Source: Lama glama (Eukaryota). From it: a stretch of 64,000 bases of DNA. The notes under the pieces are model-generated. The model ran no database searches, was not told the DNA's origin, and worked only from the letters and a program-made list of their open reading frames with translations. Positions 13,417 through 27,191 of this stretch are shown in pieces. Made by a program: the position numbers and the translations under genes. The stretch covers positions 30,258,001 to 30,322,000 of the forward strand of contig CM052817.1 in NCBI GenBank assembly GCA_028534125.1, written 5' to 3'. Position 1 is the stretch's first letter; the number at the start of each line of letters is the position of its first letter.

Positions 13417-13582
13417 ACTGTACAGCACAGGGAAATATATACAAGATCTTATGGTAGCTCACAGAGAAAACAATGTGGCAATGAATACATGTATGTTCAT
13501 GTATAACTGAAAAATTGTGCTCTACACTGGAATTTGACACAACATGTAAAATGACTATAACTCAATAAAAAAATGTTAAAAA
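13417..13582 (+). mobile_element. Young 5'-truncated camelid-type L1 3' end
   Basis: L1 3'UTR, AATAAA and A tail; perfect 15-bp TSD aaagacaataagtgg at 13402-13416 and 13583-13597. Confidence 0.92.
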
Positions 13583-13794
13583 AAAGACAATAAGTGGGAT
13601 TTGTGCAGGAATGAGGAAGTCAGGAAGCCAGTCCAGATGGGAGCCGTATCTCTTGGAGAGTTATATTTCTCTGATTCTTATATTATGCTTTTTTCAGGAA
13701 TAATTAGAGAAACTCAGAGGACTTTATCAAATGCTATGCATGTGTATATGCTGTTATTTGCAAAAGAATGAGTATTTGGCAGATCAGTTAGCTA

Positions 13795-14105
13795 AGTGTC
13801 AAAAACACTGAGTTTGGAGTAAAAGCATGGACCTGTCTTTGAACTTCAACTTTGTCACATTCTAGTGGGCAACTTTGATAAACTTAAACTCTTCCTCCTC
13901 TACACCTTTGTTTTTCTTATCTGTAAGAGAGAAGGAAAGAAAGGGAAGGGAGGAAGGAAAGAAAGGGAAAAAAGGAAGAGCAAGCAAGCAAGCAAACAAG
14001 CAAGCAGAAGGGAAGGAATAAAACCAGTCTTACTTATTACATAGTTTCCTGTAAGAATCAAATGAGATAATATAAATGACTCATTAACCATGAAGAGTTA
14101 TGCTA
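13795..14105 (+). mobile_element. MIR interrupted by purine-rich (GAAG)/(GCAA)n repeat at about 13927-14020
   Basis: MIR core on both sides ('tttttcttatctgtaa'...'gtaagaatcaaatgagataat'). Confidence 0.6.
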
Positions 14106-14304
14106 AATCACTTACTGGATTTTTTTTAGGTATTTATTTTATTGTGAAATGTCCTAGTATTTGAAATGGTAGTTACTAGAAAAAAATATATATACATATA
14201 GTGACTAAAAGAAATGCTGCTAGTCCCCTCAGTTTGCTCATTACAATGGCCACACCTAGTTTTCCTTGTTTCAAACTGAACACCTCACTTTTATCCCAAA
14301 CATA

Positions 14305-14545
14305 GTGGCTTAGGGTACTGATTCTGAATCTAAACTTACGAGTTTGACTCTCAATTCTACCACTGACTAATGACTTAATGTTGATTCATTTTACTTTTCA
14401 CTGCCTTAGAAGGTTTTTTTCCCCTATAAATGATGATAATAATAACACTTCCTAATCAATAAGTTTGTTTGAAGGATTAAGTGACATAACATATGTCAAG
14501 TTCTCATTACAATGCCTCACACATAATCAGAACTCAATCTCTGTT
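14305..14545 (+). mobile_element. MIR SINE
   Basis: 'tagtggcttagggtactgattctg...gaaggattaagtgacataacatatg'. Confidence 0.65.
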
Positions 14546-14849
14546 TATTTTTATTATTTTCGCCCCAGCCCAAAGTCAAATGAAATGCAAGCACTTGTCT
14601 CACCAAGAGCTAACTTAATCCCTCCACCTGCATCTCTCAAGCCATCCATTTCTGGTGTGTAAATTACCTTCCTTCTTTCTACACTCATCCCCTTTCTTTT
14701 TTTCTTAAGAATCTTTGATGTTCCAACTGTAGGCCATCTCTAAACTTTACTAATCTCAATTATCTCTATCACCAAATGACTTTTCAGACAGACCTTAAGA
14801 ATTGATACACCCAATGAATTTTTTTTCCATCTTCTCTATTCTTGCTCTC

Positions 14850-15800
14850 TCTCATGCCTCAGATAATTCTAAACATCTTTGGAAAAAAAATCAATGTTGT
14901 GATAATACATATGTCTAGTATATATACACATCTAACTTCTTGATTCTATAATTATCTGCCTCCGTCTGACCCCTTATCCATGGCTTTTTTCTTAAATTTC
15001 TTTCATTTTCACTGCATGTCTTTTGCCTCGGAAGACTCACTCAATTTTTGGCTTTAGTAATAATCCATGTGTAGATGACTCACAAATTTCTATTTTGGGA
15101 CTTGATCTCTGATCCAGGCAGAAGAGCTCTCTAACATTTCACTGAATGGCTCATGTCAAGTATAAAAAACTAACATATCTAATCCAAACACAAAGTTTTC
15201 CCTCAAAACTAGCCCTCCCTTCCAGGTTACCTGTCTTTGTCCATGGTGTTTCCATTGCCCCAGCTCCTTAGATTTGGAACCACAAAGTCATCTTTGACTT
15301 ATTCCTCTCCTTTATTCTCTATATTCTGTAAATGTCAAAGATCTCTGCATTTTTACTTGCAAAGAATTATTTTGTTCTTCACCTTCTTCCTGTCTCCACT
15401 GTCATAGGCCACAGTTCACTCACAATCATCAAATGACTATTAACAGTGTTTTCTTTAACTTTTCCGGAATTTCTGTTCCTCTCTCACCCAATTACATTTT
15501 CAAACTTATGACAGCCAAGTTAGTTGCCATCAGATGGATGTTCATCTTGTGACCTCCTACCTAAAAACCTAAATGTTCACCAGTGTTACTACTGCAAGTC
15601 TAAACCCTACAACTAGTTTTCAGATTTCCCATCACCAAAAAATAGAACTACATACAAATGTTCACACCTCACCTCTTTGTAACGCTTCTGTTCTATCCAG
15701 GCTTACCTCTTCATTATTACTCCTCTAGCATCTTTTCTTTACTCATGTCTGCTATTGTTATATGAGGACGTGTCTCTCCTTTCACCAGTACAGATCCTCC
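14850..15800 (+). mobile_element. L2 LINE remnant
   Basis: 'catgtgtagatgactcacaaatttctat', 'aaagtcatctttgacttattcctctcc'. Confidence 0.65.
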
Positions 15801-15805
15801 CACTC

Positions 15806-16720
15806 TGTATCAGTCAGCTTGTCTAAGATATGCTGTAGTAAGAAACAACGCCCAGTTCTTTGCAATTGACAAAAAAGAAAAAAAGCTAATTTCCCACTCA
15901 TACTGTGTTAATCTTAGTTTCTCTGGGGTTCTCTTCATACAATCTTTATTCTAGAACTCAAGCTGATATAGTAGTCTCCCCTAGGACTTTGGCTTTCTTG
16001 TTGTAGAGGGCAAAAAAAATTCAACGTGATAGAGCCTCTTAAAGCTTTTGCTCAGAATTGTAACTTTTCACATCTGTTCACATTTCACTAGACAAAACAA
16101 GTCACTTGGTGAAGCCTGATGTTAAAAAGGTGGGGCTGTACTTCTTCCTCACATGAAGAGGGACAGAAAATCCCACAGCTAAGCCTGATGTCAACAGAAC
16201 TGGGATGTATCTTCTGTAAAGAGGAGCAGATAATATTTTGAAAATTTATGAAGTCTACTACAGTCTACTTTCTTCGTCACAATATTTACTTTCCTCCCTC
16301 CTGCTTGCAAAATACACTCACTCTCTCTCCAAGGGAGACAACTCAGCACACAACACACAAGATCAAACACTGATCTGATCTTATGACATTCTATGTCTAT
16401 ATCAGGTCAGGATATGACTCGTCTTGATTTATATCTTTATGAAATAAAAAGACAAATTATACACCCACCATATACCCAAAGGTAATGGTAGTACACAGTG
16501 GTGGTATGGAAACATGATAATCCTAGCAAATATTCACACTCAAAAAGGGTAAGAATAGGTGGCACATGGTGGTGCTGGGTTGACAGCGATGCTCAAGAGT
16601 TGCCGGAGGGAAGTTCTGAGGTGTGCGACCTTGGAGGGGAAGTGTGTTCTTATTCAGACCCTGGGTCTGCTCCTTCAAACCAATTTCCTGGTCCACTGTT
16701 CTCTCATTCTCTCCAGAGCA
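15806..16720 (-). mobile_element. MLT1I/J-like LTR (15806-16262) plus adjoining MaLR internal sequence
   Basis: 'tgtatcagtcagc...aagtcacttggtgaagcctgatg...tctactaca' followed by MLT-int-like 'ttgcaaaatacactcac'. Confidence 0.7.
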
Positions 16721-17189
16721 CACTGACTTTCCTCCTTTATGAAAGAATTATTTCAAACTACCATTTTATGAATTCATGGAGTACTAATACATTTTATCCG
16801 TTTATTTTATTTCTGCTATTATTTTATGTATATTAATATTAGCTCACCAAACAACTTGCAAACTCCTTAATTTAGGGAGACAATCTTATCGGTATTTTCA
16901 ATAAAGGCATTAATATGCATGTAACAGCAGTAAGGACATCATTCAAGATACACTAATGAGGACAATCTGATTCAGGCTGACTTTTCACAAGGATAAGCTA
17001 GTCCACCAAAGGAGTTTCAGTAACAATTTCATAAGAATTCTGTATTTAACAACGAGTACAAAGATTTATCTAATAGGTCGACATTCACAGTTTCTTAAGT
17101 GCAGCCATGGCTATCTGAGTATTACTCTTGATTTCGTGCATTTTTATAAGCCTGGATTTTGTTTGTGTATTTACTGTGGAGGCATCATT

Positions 17190-17420
17190 GGCACAGGGAA
17201 GTCCTTGGAGAATTCAGTACACCGCCAACAGACAGTGGTCCTAGTACCTGTCTGGCCCTCACCGTGTAATGGGACTTTGAAATCCATAATAACTTTATCC
17301 AGGGCTCAGTTTGTAGATGAGGGAAAAAATACACTCTGCCCTTCACTGTTTCCAGGTTGTCATGACAATACTTGAGGTGGCATGATCAACTGTTTTGAGT
17401 TCGTAGTAAAGAAAGCTTCA
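17190..17420 (+). mobile_element. MIR fragment
   Basis: 'gggctcagtttgtagatgaggg...caggttgtcatgac'. Confidence 0.5.
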
Positions 17421-18254
17421 TTGCAATTATTGAAGTCAGGCATAGATAAAGCTGTGAAGTAAGCAAGCGTGCCTTGAAGTTCTTTTGTCTCTCTACGCAC
17501 TTACATGAGGCTAAATAAAAAAGAGGGAACACTGTAGAAGTAATGTCTTTCTTTGGTTGTGTAGGTGAGAGAGATGCTTTTAGACAAGGGGCCATTAATG
17601 GCGTCCTCAAGAATACCACCAAAGATGATTCTTGCCATTTAAATAGCAAATAAAAGTATCTCCCCACACAGTCCTGTGAGATAGATGTTAAGAATTATTA
17701 CTAGTGCAAAGACCTAATATTAACAATTGGCACCATACTATTCAATAGAATTTAAAGTGAACTGTATTGAAAAAATAGATGGATTGAGAATTTAAATTTT
17801 TTCCCCCTCTTGTTCATTCTAACTTGGAGTCTTCATAAAGCTCATATTTCCTACAGTTTTTTGTTTTTGTTTTTTATCTCTTAGTGAAATTTTAGTTGTA
17901 TTCTGCCCTCTACTATGTATATATAACCTGGATACACCACATTTTAAGAGATGGTCTGGGGACTTTCTCGTTTAGCATCTCATGTGGGCAAGGCATTTAA
18001 GAAATAAGGAAGTTCTCATGCTGGTCTAAAACTTACAGAGTTTTGATGTATGTAGATTACATATTGGGAAAACACCTATGGACTTAAATATTATGAGATG
18101 TCAAAAAGGCTGGGAAAATTGCAGGCTGTAAATTAATTGCTAGTACTTTAGATTCTGAAATGCTAATAAAAAATAACACTTCCCAAGGGTTCAACAAGAA
18201 AAGTCAGCACTTCGGTTAAGGACTCCAGCTCCTTCTTATAAAAGTGATGCTAGG

Positions 18255-18475
18255 AAGAACTAACAGTTGCTGAAGGTTTACTGTGTGTCAGACACAGTTC
18301 TCAGCACACTGCACGCATTTAACCCTTGTGGTAGCACCATGAAGGAGGTACTGTTATTATTCTTTTGAGATGAGAAACCAAAGCACAAAGGATTAAGTAA
18401 TCTGCTCAGGGTTATTCAGCCAGGATCCAATCCAAGCAGTTTGGTTTTATAGCCTGTGAGTTGACCACTCACTAT
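18255..18475 (-). mobile_element. MIR SINE
   Basis: 'tttactgtgtgtcagacacagttctcagcac...gatgagaaaccaaagcacaaaggattaagtaatctgctcagg'. Confidence 0.85.
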
Positions 18476-20984
18476 GCAAAATGGCTTTCCAAGGGGTAAG
18501 AGTTGTTTTAAAAATAGGAGCAGAATAATTGCTGGAGGCCTGGATACAGTATTGTAATGGTGGCCTGAAGCTCCTTGTTATCTTAATGACAATCTCATTC
18601 TCCATGTCAGACCTGTATAAATCCCATGAGTCCTGGAAACATATATACAACTTCCCAGAGGTCTGTAAGCAGGGCTGTCTTCTCCGTGTATCTCTGGAAG
18701 CCAGAGTATAATAAGGAGGCCTGAACTGATATGGCAAAAGTAGCTTGTTATTAGATGAATTAACATGTCATTTGTTGAGACATCATCATCTGAAACATGT
18801 AACACTAAGAAGTCTGTGGTTTTCTATTGTATACCTACGTGGTGACACCTCTGCAAGGCAACCTAATAGAGCAAATCAGGTTCTAATGTGGGCATTGATC
18901 ACTTAGAAGAGTAATATACACTTGGGAACTAGGGATCCTGATGTTACTTGCAGGTTAGTGAAAATCTTATTCCTGCCCTTCCAAATTTTATAACTGTTAC
19001 CTGGTCCCTTAGCAAATGTTCATCACAGACTTTTCACTTCTTCATTCTAGACTCGTCTAGCTAACTTCTCACTGTGCTCTGCTCACTCAGTTTCTACTTG
19101 TTGCTCTCTGGTAAACTGACATCCATTGTCTTTGTTATCTCTGGAATGTATACCTGCTCTCATTATGCTCTCTCCACAACCCTCTCTTCTCTTGTTATCT
19201 ATTCATATATATTTGCAGCCACATTTTGCTTCTCCAGCTCCTTCTCTTAAAAAAAAAAAGTTGGAACTGCAGAATGATGTGATGCCTCTCAGCCATTTTC
19301 ATACCAAGATACACAGAGAAAAGGGTCACCTTTGTATATTCTGGGATTGTTTGACGAGACTGCTTGTGTCAGAGGCAATAAACCAGGGATTCCAGATGCC
19401 CCAGGCCATGTCGGCTGACTGAATCAGTATAACATTTCACCTATAATCTCTCCTTGCACTTACTGGGAAGCCCTGATGTAGAGGAAAGAGTATGTTGTTT
19501 GTGACCAGATAAGCTGGGGTTTCCATTTTGGCTTTGTTAATTCATAGCTCTATGATCTTGATAAAATAACAATATCCTATCTTCTGACTTCTAAGCTATC
19601 AAATAAGAGTCATAATAATGAAAGGAGAGAGGACATTTATGAACCTCTCCCATTAGTCCTAGTCTGCCTGCTTCTTTTCCATTTCTTTTCTGAAAGAGAA
19701 GTTCACAATTTGGTTGGTGAGATGTTAAGACATTCATTGGACTATATTAACAATAGTTGAGGTCAAAGAGCATGAACACATCCTCTCCTTCTTGCCTTCT
19801 AGTCTATCTCCACCATGAAGTCAGGCTGGAGCCTCAAAAAGTCTTCATGGGAGGAAGAAGAAGCCAAGTCAGAGGTCCCTTCCCCTTAAAAGCTTACCTG
19901 CAAATTGCACTCGACTTTTTAAGAGATTATTTATTTGAATGTCTTCTATGCTGTAGAAGTAATTTAAATCACTGAGGATCAAATAATGAATGGAATTCAG
20001 CTCTGTGTTCAAAGAGTTTGGGGTACAGCAAGCAAGAACAATCATTGAAATAAAAATTTAAGTTCTATGGTCAAAGTGTGGGCAGGAAACTAGATTGGTA
20101 ATGTTCCAAAGGGCATTCTAGGAAAGGATGGCTACAACACCATTAAGATGGTCTAGCATGTGTTTCTAATCTTTCTTTCTCCCATTTATGTCTGTACCAT
20201 ATTTCAGGGTGGGAGATATTTCTGCTGCTCCCTTCAAAAATTTGAAGAGAATAGAATTCTGTGTGGCTTTCCTGGTACAGTGTCCTATTTGGCTTGGGAC
20301 TTTACCCCAAGTTTACCTTTATCCTCAGCTACACCTTGGACAGTGAGGAACACATTTCCTTCACTCCCAGATTCTTCCACCTTAATTAGAGTTTTTATGT
20401 TCTCCCACAGGAGGGAGAAAGGACCCCATCTGAGAGTCATATACCAGCGACTCCCCGCCTCGCTCCTGTCTCTTCTTCCCCCCTCAGGCAGCCTGGCCAG
20501 CAGCATGTTCCCTGTCACTGTTCACGGCATGAGCTTTGGACTCTGATTCCTAAAGACTTCTCGAACAACAAACGAAAGTCAAATACTAGAATAGGAGTCA
20601 CTTTCCTTTCTAAAAGCCTAATTCTCACAATTTAAAAAGCTGTGCTTTGTAAATGTCATTTTTGAAACTCAAAAGCATTCCTGTTATACAAATATGAATT
20701 CTTCCTGGGATGTGGGGTTTGGGGAATAAGGGCTGGGAAGGCGATATCATGCTCCAGGGAAATTTGGAATGTGAGTCTGGGAGAAAACTTTGATTGATAT
20801 TCAAGTGTCTTCTCTCAGTCCCGACATACAAAAAATAGCAGAATTACTCCTGATTCCCAGGAGGATAACTCGTGATGAGCTTGACAAGTAAATTTCTGAG
20901 AACTGGGGGGTGGGGGAGAATCAGTACAAGTGATTTTATGGAAAATAAAGCAGGAGTAAGTTTCAATGAGATAGAGTTAAGCAG

Positions 20985-21420
20985 AAAGAAAAGAAAAAGG
21001 GCAAATGACTTGAACAATCTATTCACAAAAGAAGAAAAGCAAAAGGCTAATAATCACATGAAAATATTCATCTTCAGTAATAATGAAAGACATTAGTAAA
21101 AACGATCATCAAGAATTACTTGTTCTCATCACATTAACATTTTTTTTAAAGCATGACATTATTCAGAGATGTGAAATAGGTTTTCCTATACATTGTTGAT
21201 AAAAGAATACAGAAGTACAGCTAGTAACCTGGGTAAAATATTCCAGCCTTAAAATGTATATAACCTTTAATCTAATGTCTCTACTTCTAAATATTTGCAA
21301 GAATAAAATAACATGTTAAAAAAGAATATCTGCACTAATATAGTTATGTGTGATTTTTATAACACAAAAAAAGCTATAATGTCAAATGTAAAAAATTAAT
21401 CATTTATATGCACATATCAA
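20985..21420 (+). mobile_element. Ancient L1 (L1ME-like) ORF2 3' remnant
   Basis: 'gggcaaatgacttgaacaatctattcacaaaagaagaaa...ggctaataatcacatgaaaa'. Confidence 0.75.
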
Positions 21421-22569
21421 CTTCTATGTTTTATTCACAACTATTTACTGTATATTCTATATTGCATAATGCATATGAGTAAAATATGTAATATACATTG
21501 TATAAAGCATTGCATATATATATTACATTAATCACACATACAGTGTGCATATATATAATGCACACTATGTGTGTATGCAAAAAGTAATTAATTACTCCTA
21601 TATGGTATTTTCTTAACCAGTTCCTTGATTTTCCTCTTTTCAAAAAATACTTGTGGATTTCTCACATTTTCTGAAATTACCAAATATGATTTCTATTATA
21701 GAAAAGTCATTGCAAAGAAAGAGAAAATGATAAGCAAAGGAGAAAGTTGAAATAAGGCAAAAGTTAAATTAGTTGATTAGATTTGGTATTTAGAACGTAA
21801 TTGAGGACTTTTTCCAAAGCGATTTCAAGATTATGGCTTATTTTCATTGCTATTTCAGTAGAGGTGAGGTGAGCTCGTGTAAAGAGAGTGTCTGAATCTC
21901 ATTTTCAGTTTGTCTTTTAGGGTACAGTTTTAATAGGTACTTGAGTCCAACATTATGTGTGGTGATTTTTACTTTTTTCAATGTCAATAACTGATAGCCC
22001 CAGATTTTAGCCCCCAAATCGTAGCTCATTTCATTTCACAATGCAAGGAATGCAATTTAAATAGACGAGGCACAGCGAGGCAGCAGTTTATGTGCAGACT
22101 GTCAGTAGAAGTAGGCAGGATACCACCCAGTGCCAAGTAGTAGATGAGCAAATCCATTCTGAAGAACAAAAGTCAGAGGAAAAAAGATCAATGTCGTTCC
22201 TCCAGGCAATTCATCTAAAGGGAAGTTGAGAAAACCATGGTGAGGAAAAGAAAAAACATTGTTACTTTTTACTTTTTTTTTTTTTTTTTTTTTTTTGGCT
22301 AGGCAATTCATGTATAACGTAACAATAAAGAACAAAGTAGCCAAGACTTTTTCCCCTTTTCTTTTAGATTTTTCTTATGGAATACATGCATTTCAGAGTA
22401 ATCAAGAATGCAGGCCAGAAATTTCAGATATCAGTATCCACAGAGCTAGGATTTCAAGTGATCCACTTAAGTTCCTGTTAGATTAAAAGACAAGAAAAGT
22501 TGGGAAGGTCACAAGAAGGAAACTGACAAATCACCCATAATGAGCAAAATGGAGAAAATTTAAAATGTT

Positions 22570-22792
22570 ACAAGGGGGAGGGGCAATATGGTGGCAGAGG
22601 TACAAGAGGTACAAACAATTATATACAAAATAAGCTACAAGGACATACTGCATAACACAGGGAATGCGGACGATATTTTATAATAACTGTAAATGCAGTA
22701 TAACCTTTCAAAATTGTGAATCACTATACTGTATACCTGTAATTTATATCTTTTGTACATGAAATATACTCCAATTAAAAAAATATTTAAAA
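22570..22792 (+). mobile_element. 5'-truncated cetartiodactyl-type L1 3' end
   Basis: 'gaggtacaaac...aataagctacaagga...aattgtgaatcactatactgtatacctg'; 17-bp TSD agaaaatttaaaatgtt at 22553-22569 and 22793-22809. Confidence 0.9.
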
Positions 22793-23549
22793 AGAAAATT
22801 TAAAATGTTGGAAATTACTTGTTTAGAAAAGGCACTCATTAGATTCATATGCCAGCTGATGGTTTAATACTGCTAAACATTTTTAAAATAAGGTTCTTAA
22901 TGCTATGAATTTGAGTAAAAATTGTACATAATTTCGTTCATTCAGCTAATACTTTTGAAGCCTCTGCTCAAAATATATTCTTCCAGCATCAGGGTACATG
23001 AATGTGCACAAGAAAATCCTTCTTTTAATTTAATTCTTGTGAATGTGACATAACTGTTATTCAAAATTTTCATTAACATTGGCTTGTCCATTGTACATGT
23101 CAAGCCTGCTGCCCAAACCAGGGTCATGAGGCAGGTAGCAGACACCACGAATTGCCTCAGTGTCATGAAGCAGCTACTTTTGCCCAGTTCATTTCTGACT
23201 TTGATGCTTCCACTTACAACTGTTGGGTCCTGGTGTGTGTCTGACTGAGTTCCTGTAGCCAGAACAGCATTCTCCCATGGCTGGTCATGAACAAGTCGCT
23301 GTCAGCTGATGTATAGGTGTCCTGATAAACTGAAGTCTGGCAGGATCCCAATGTTTGCAAATGCTTTCTTGACTCACACTGTCTGCCAACACCAAGTCCA
23401 GTTGGGCAGTATCAGGACTGAAGGAAAGATGGCAGAAGGGTCAGATGCAAAGCTGAAAAGGATTGTAACATATTTCTTGGCTGGAGTTGAAATTTCAACA
23501 CCCATGGATTCACATTAAATACCCATTTTTTTGGTCATTATTTCTTCTT

Positions 23550-25175
23550 GTAATCAAATCCCCCAAATTTATTTATACACTTCAATAAAACTCTAAATAA
23601 AACCCAAGCAAGGGTTTTGTTTGTTTGTTTGTTTGTTTGTTCATTTTGGAGAAATCTATAAGCTGGTATTGAAATGCATGTGGAAAAGCAAAGGAACTAG
23701 AATAACCAGAATAAGACAGAGAAGGACAATAAGGGAGGGGAGGAGGAAGTAAGAGGAGAGAGAGAAGAAGAAAATCAAAGTTGAAGGAAGAATCACACTA
23801 CTTAATGTTGGGACTGACTGTAAGTAAGGGGGTGTAGTACTGACAAGAACATAGACTCATATATCAAGAGAACAGAAGTGTCCAAAAATAGATACACACA
23901 TATGTGGTCAATTAATGTTTGATAAAGATGCCAAAGGCAATTAAATAGAGAAAAGATGGTATTTTCAACAAATGGTGCAGGAACAATTGGACATCCATAG
24001 CAAAACAAACAGAAAAAACTCACTTCAACCTTGTACCACATAGAAAAATTAACATAAAGTGGATAATAGACATAAAAGTAAAATGTAAAAATCTAAGATT
24101 TCTTGAAAAATAATGAGACAAACGTTTACAACCTTGGATTAAGCAAAGATTTCCTAGATAGAATACTACAAGTATAAATCATTAAGAAAAAAATGATAAA
24201 TTAGACTTCATCAAAGTTAACATTCCTACCCCTCAAAGACACTATTAAAAACATGAAAAGACAAGCTACAGACTGGAAGAAAATATTTGCGTAACACATC
24301 TCTTATAAAGGATTTGGGTCCAAAAAGTTCAACAATAAGAAAAGATCATGACTCAAAGTAGGCAAAAATTTGGACAGGTGCTTCATAAAAGTAAACATAT
24401 GGATGATAAAAAAGCATGTGCAAAGATGCTCAACATGACTACCAATAGAGAAAGCAAGTTTAAACCATGATGAGGTACCACTACACATCTATAAGAATGG
24501 ATAAAAGATTTTAATGGCAATATCAATTGCTGGTGAAGGTGAAGAAAAACCAATTCTCATGCAGTGCTGGCATAATAAAGCACAGTATTGTCACTTTGGA
24601 AAACAAATCGGTAGTTTCTTGTCAAATCAAGTACACACTTACCATCCAACCCAATAATCCTGCTCCTAAGTCTCTGAGATAATGAAAACAATGTCCACTC
24701 AATGATCTGTATGCAAGAGTTATATTAGTTGTAAATTTTTATAAAAAGATGAGTGATGAAAACATTGTGTGGATGAAAAAAAGGAGTTATATTGGTTGTA
24801 ATCATAATTACCCAAAACACAAATGTCCTTCAGTGGAATGCCACTTATCAAAAAGATCAATAAAAAGAAAACAAACTGCAGATCCATGCAATATCGACGG
24901 ATCTCAAATGCAGTATGCAAAGGGAAAGAAGCCAGACTCAAAAAGTTGCAAACCATACAATTTCATTTACATGGCATTTTAGAAAACGTGTAGCTAAGTA
25001 GTTGTCAGTTTCTGACTTTGGGCAGAGGAAAGTGACAACAAAAGGGCATAAAGAAACTTTGTGGATGATGGATATATTCTATATCTTGATGATGTTGTGG
25101 GAAAACTCAAACAACTGTAAACCTAAAAGGGTAAATTTTCCTGTATGTAAATTATACTTTCATAATCCTGATTTA
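23550..25175 (+). mobile_element. L1MB/MC-like LINE: degraded ORF2 C-terminus plus 3'UTR
   Basis: 'ttttcaacaaatggtgcaggaacaattggacatcc', 'atgaaaagacaagctacagactggaagaaaatatttgc', 3' end 'ctgtatgtaaattatac'. Confidence 0.9.
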
Positions 25176-25449
25176 TAACAACAACAACAACAACCAAAAC
25201 AAAGCAAAGAAACTTATTGGAAAAAAGCAAAGAGAAACCCATGAGAGTCAAGCAAAGAATGATATCTTTAGAATATAGTTTTCATTTGTTAAAAGTGTGG
25301 AATAGTAAATCTGGGGCTTCATGTCACTAATCTCTAGAGAGTTGTGGTGATCATGAAAGTCAAGTTAAACTCCCCCAAATCCGAGTTCAATCATTTATTT
25401 GTCCTACTTCATCCCAATTTCTATTGTCATTTTAAGTCTTGCCTTTCTT

Positions 25450-25546
25450 GAGACATCCCTATTTATACCTGGTTTAATTATTAATAGCATCCCGTTTTCC
25501 TCTCCAAAGCGTCCCTGTCTGGGCAATAAATCACATGGTCAGCCTA
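25450..25546 (-). mobile_element. MER94-like hAT-Blackjack MITE fragment
   Basis: 'taattattaatagcatccc...gcgtccctgtctgggcaataaatcacatggtcagccta'. Confidence 0.7.
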
Positions 25547-27010
25547 CTTAAATATGTAGCCTGTTAGGCACCCAGCAGATAGGCAGAAAGATGGCTTTCT
25601 CCGTATGGAGTTGCTGGGAAGAAGTGAGGTTCACATTGAGTGCTCTTGAAAGAGAATACTCTTGTCAGTCTAAAGTTTAATATTATCATTATAAAAAAAA
25701 AAGAAATGGGCACAGTTATATACTCAGCATCTTTAATATGCTACATCAATTAAAAGTCTGCTGAACATGCTACAAATCCTGGTCAGCACTTTTTTAAAGC
25801 AATTTAGATACATTTTTAAATAGGGAAATTAAGCCCTCAGTGAATGTGAAGTCTAAAACCATATATAATGCTGGCATCTCTCTGTTCCTTCTCCTATCCC
25901 ACAGAGCATCAGCAGAGAGCCAAAAAAAAAAAAAAAAAGATGAGGTCAAAGATGAGCTCTTCTCTCTTCTCCAGGGTTTAATGAGATTAAGTTACAGATT
26001 CTTTCCTGTTCTTAGGTCATTGCTCCAAGGGTAGAAAGAAAACACAAATTAGTGTGATATTTAAACTATCCGTTAAAAATTCCATTGAGAGAGGCATGGC
26101 CCCATTTTATATTTTACTCTATGTATGCCTTAAAGACATAAAATTAACTTGGAATCATTAGTGGATTCAAATGAAGCTGTTCTGAGCTTCACAGGGAAGA
26201 TAACAGGGCTAGTGTTTTCTCTCCACCACTAAACTAATCCCAAAGACAAACTCCAATGGATTAGACATCACTTTTCTGGTAAGAGGAAGCAAAATAAGGC
26301 AAATTAAACTATTGAGGAAATTAAGGATCAAACTACATTTTCAATGCCTCTTATAAAGAAGTTTCTGTGTAAATATAAAGATACTCATTCCTTTTCCCTT
26401 TGAATTTTATTAAATCATACACCATAATTAACTTACTTCCTTTTCTAGGACATAGCAAATCTTATTAGGATGAAAAATTAATTCTCCGAATTCCTGTGAA
26501 ACATCTGAATTTTTCTATCTGTAGATCTAACATAGCCAGAACTCAAACCTGCAATTTAAAGAATTAAACAACCATGAGTAGAACAGTTAACACTCGGGGA
26601 GAGCTGGCATAATTTCGAAGCAGTGCTCAAGCTGAAATTTCCATTTGGGAGACTTCACTCCTCGCTGTTCGGTCATTTTCAGCTGTGAAGTAAGAAAGGC
26701 GATATAATTTACCCCAAGAAATAGGTGAGTCATTTTTCAGCAGTTCTGATATAGTAGTAAAGTGTTCCAGAAAATGTATTAAGGGAGCAGAATCTTGGAA
26801 GAAAAATATAATAGACAGGAGATTGCTAAATGTGTGCTACTCCCACAAGAAGCAGACCTTTGTTCATCACTTAGACTCTGATACCTACTTGGGATCCAGC
26901 CTTGTGGAAAAAAATTTGTAGTTTCTATTCTATAAGAGAATGCAGGGTATAAACCAGTAACTTTTTAACGTCAGTTAAGGGAAGTGACAGCATTGACAAG
27001 AGAATCATTA

Positions 27011-27191
27011 TTTTTTTTTTTGGTTTGTTTGTTTTTTGGGGGTTTTTTTGTTTGTTTTAAAATTTATTTAATTTTTTTGAGGGAAGTGGCAGTTAGGTTT
27101 ATTTATTTATTTTTAGAGGAGGTGCTGGGGATTCAATCCAGGACCTTGTGTGTGCTAAGCACGCATTCTACCACTTGAGCTACACCCTCCC
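27011..27191 (-). mobile_element. tRNA-derived camelid SINE (Vic-1-like)
   Basis: Reverse complement 'gggagggtgtagctcaagtggtagaatgcgtgcttagc...gtcctggattgaatccccagcacctcc', A-rich linker and tail. Confidence 0.9.

Noticed and set aside
13271..13540. Apparently paralogous ORFs MSNSSVEHNFS... (13271-13540) and MSNSSVQHNFS... (32256-32891)
   Set aside because: Both are antisense translations of the same L1 3'UTR family; the second is inflated by the N gap
17591..17602. 12-bp palindrome gccattaatggc
   Set aside because: Expected by chance in 64 kb of AT-rich DNA
18529..18711. 'QYCNGG' kinase hinge-like motif
   Set aside because: Isolated six-residue resemblance with no other kinase features
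26683..26724. 42-nt plus-strand segment between tttcag and AG/GTGAGT
   Set aside because: Stops in all three frames and no other support
27120..27191. tRNA-like A/B box sequences (also about 27630-27699, 59810-59850, 62420-62490)
   Set aside because: SINE heads with A-rich tails; no intact cloverleaf
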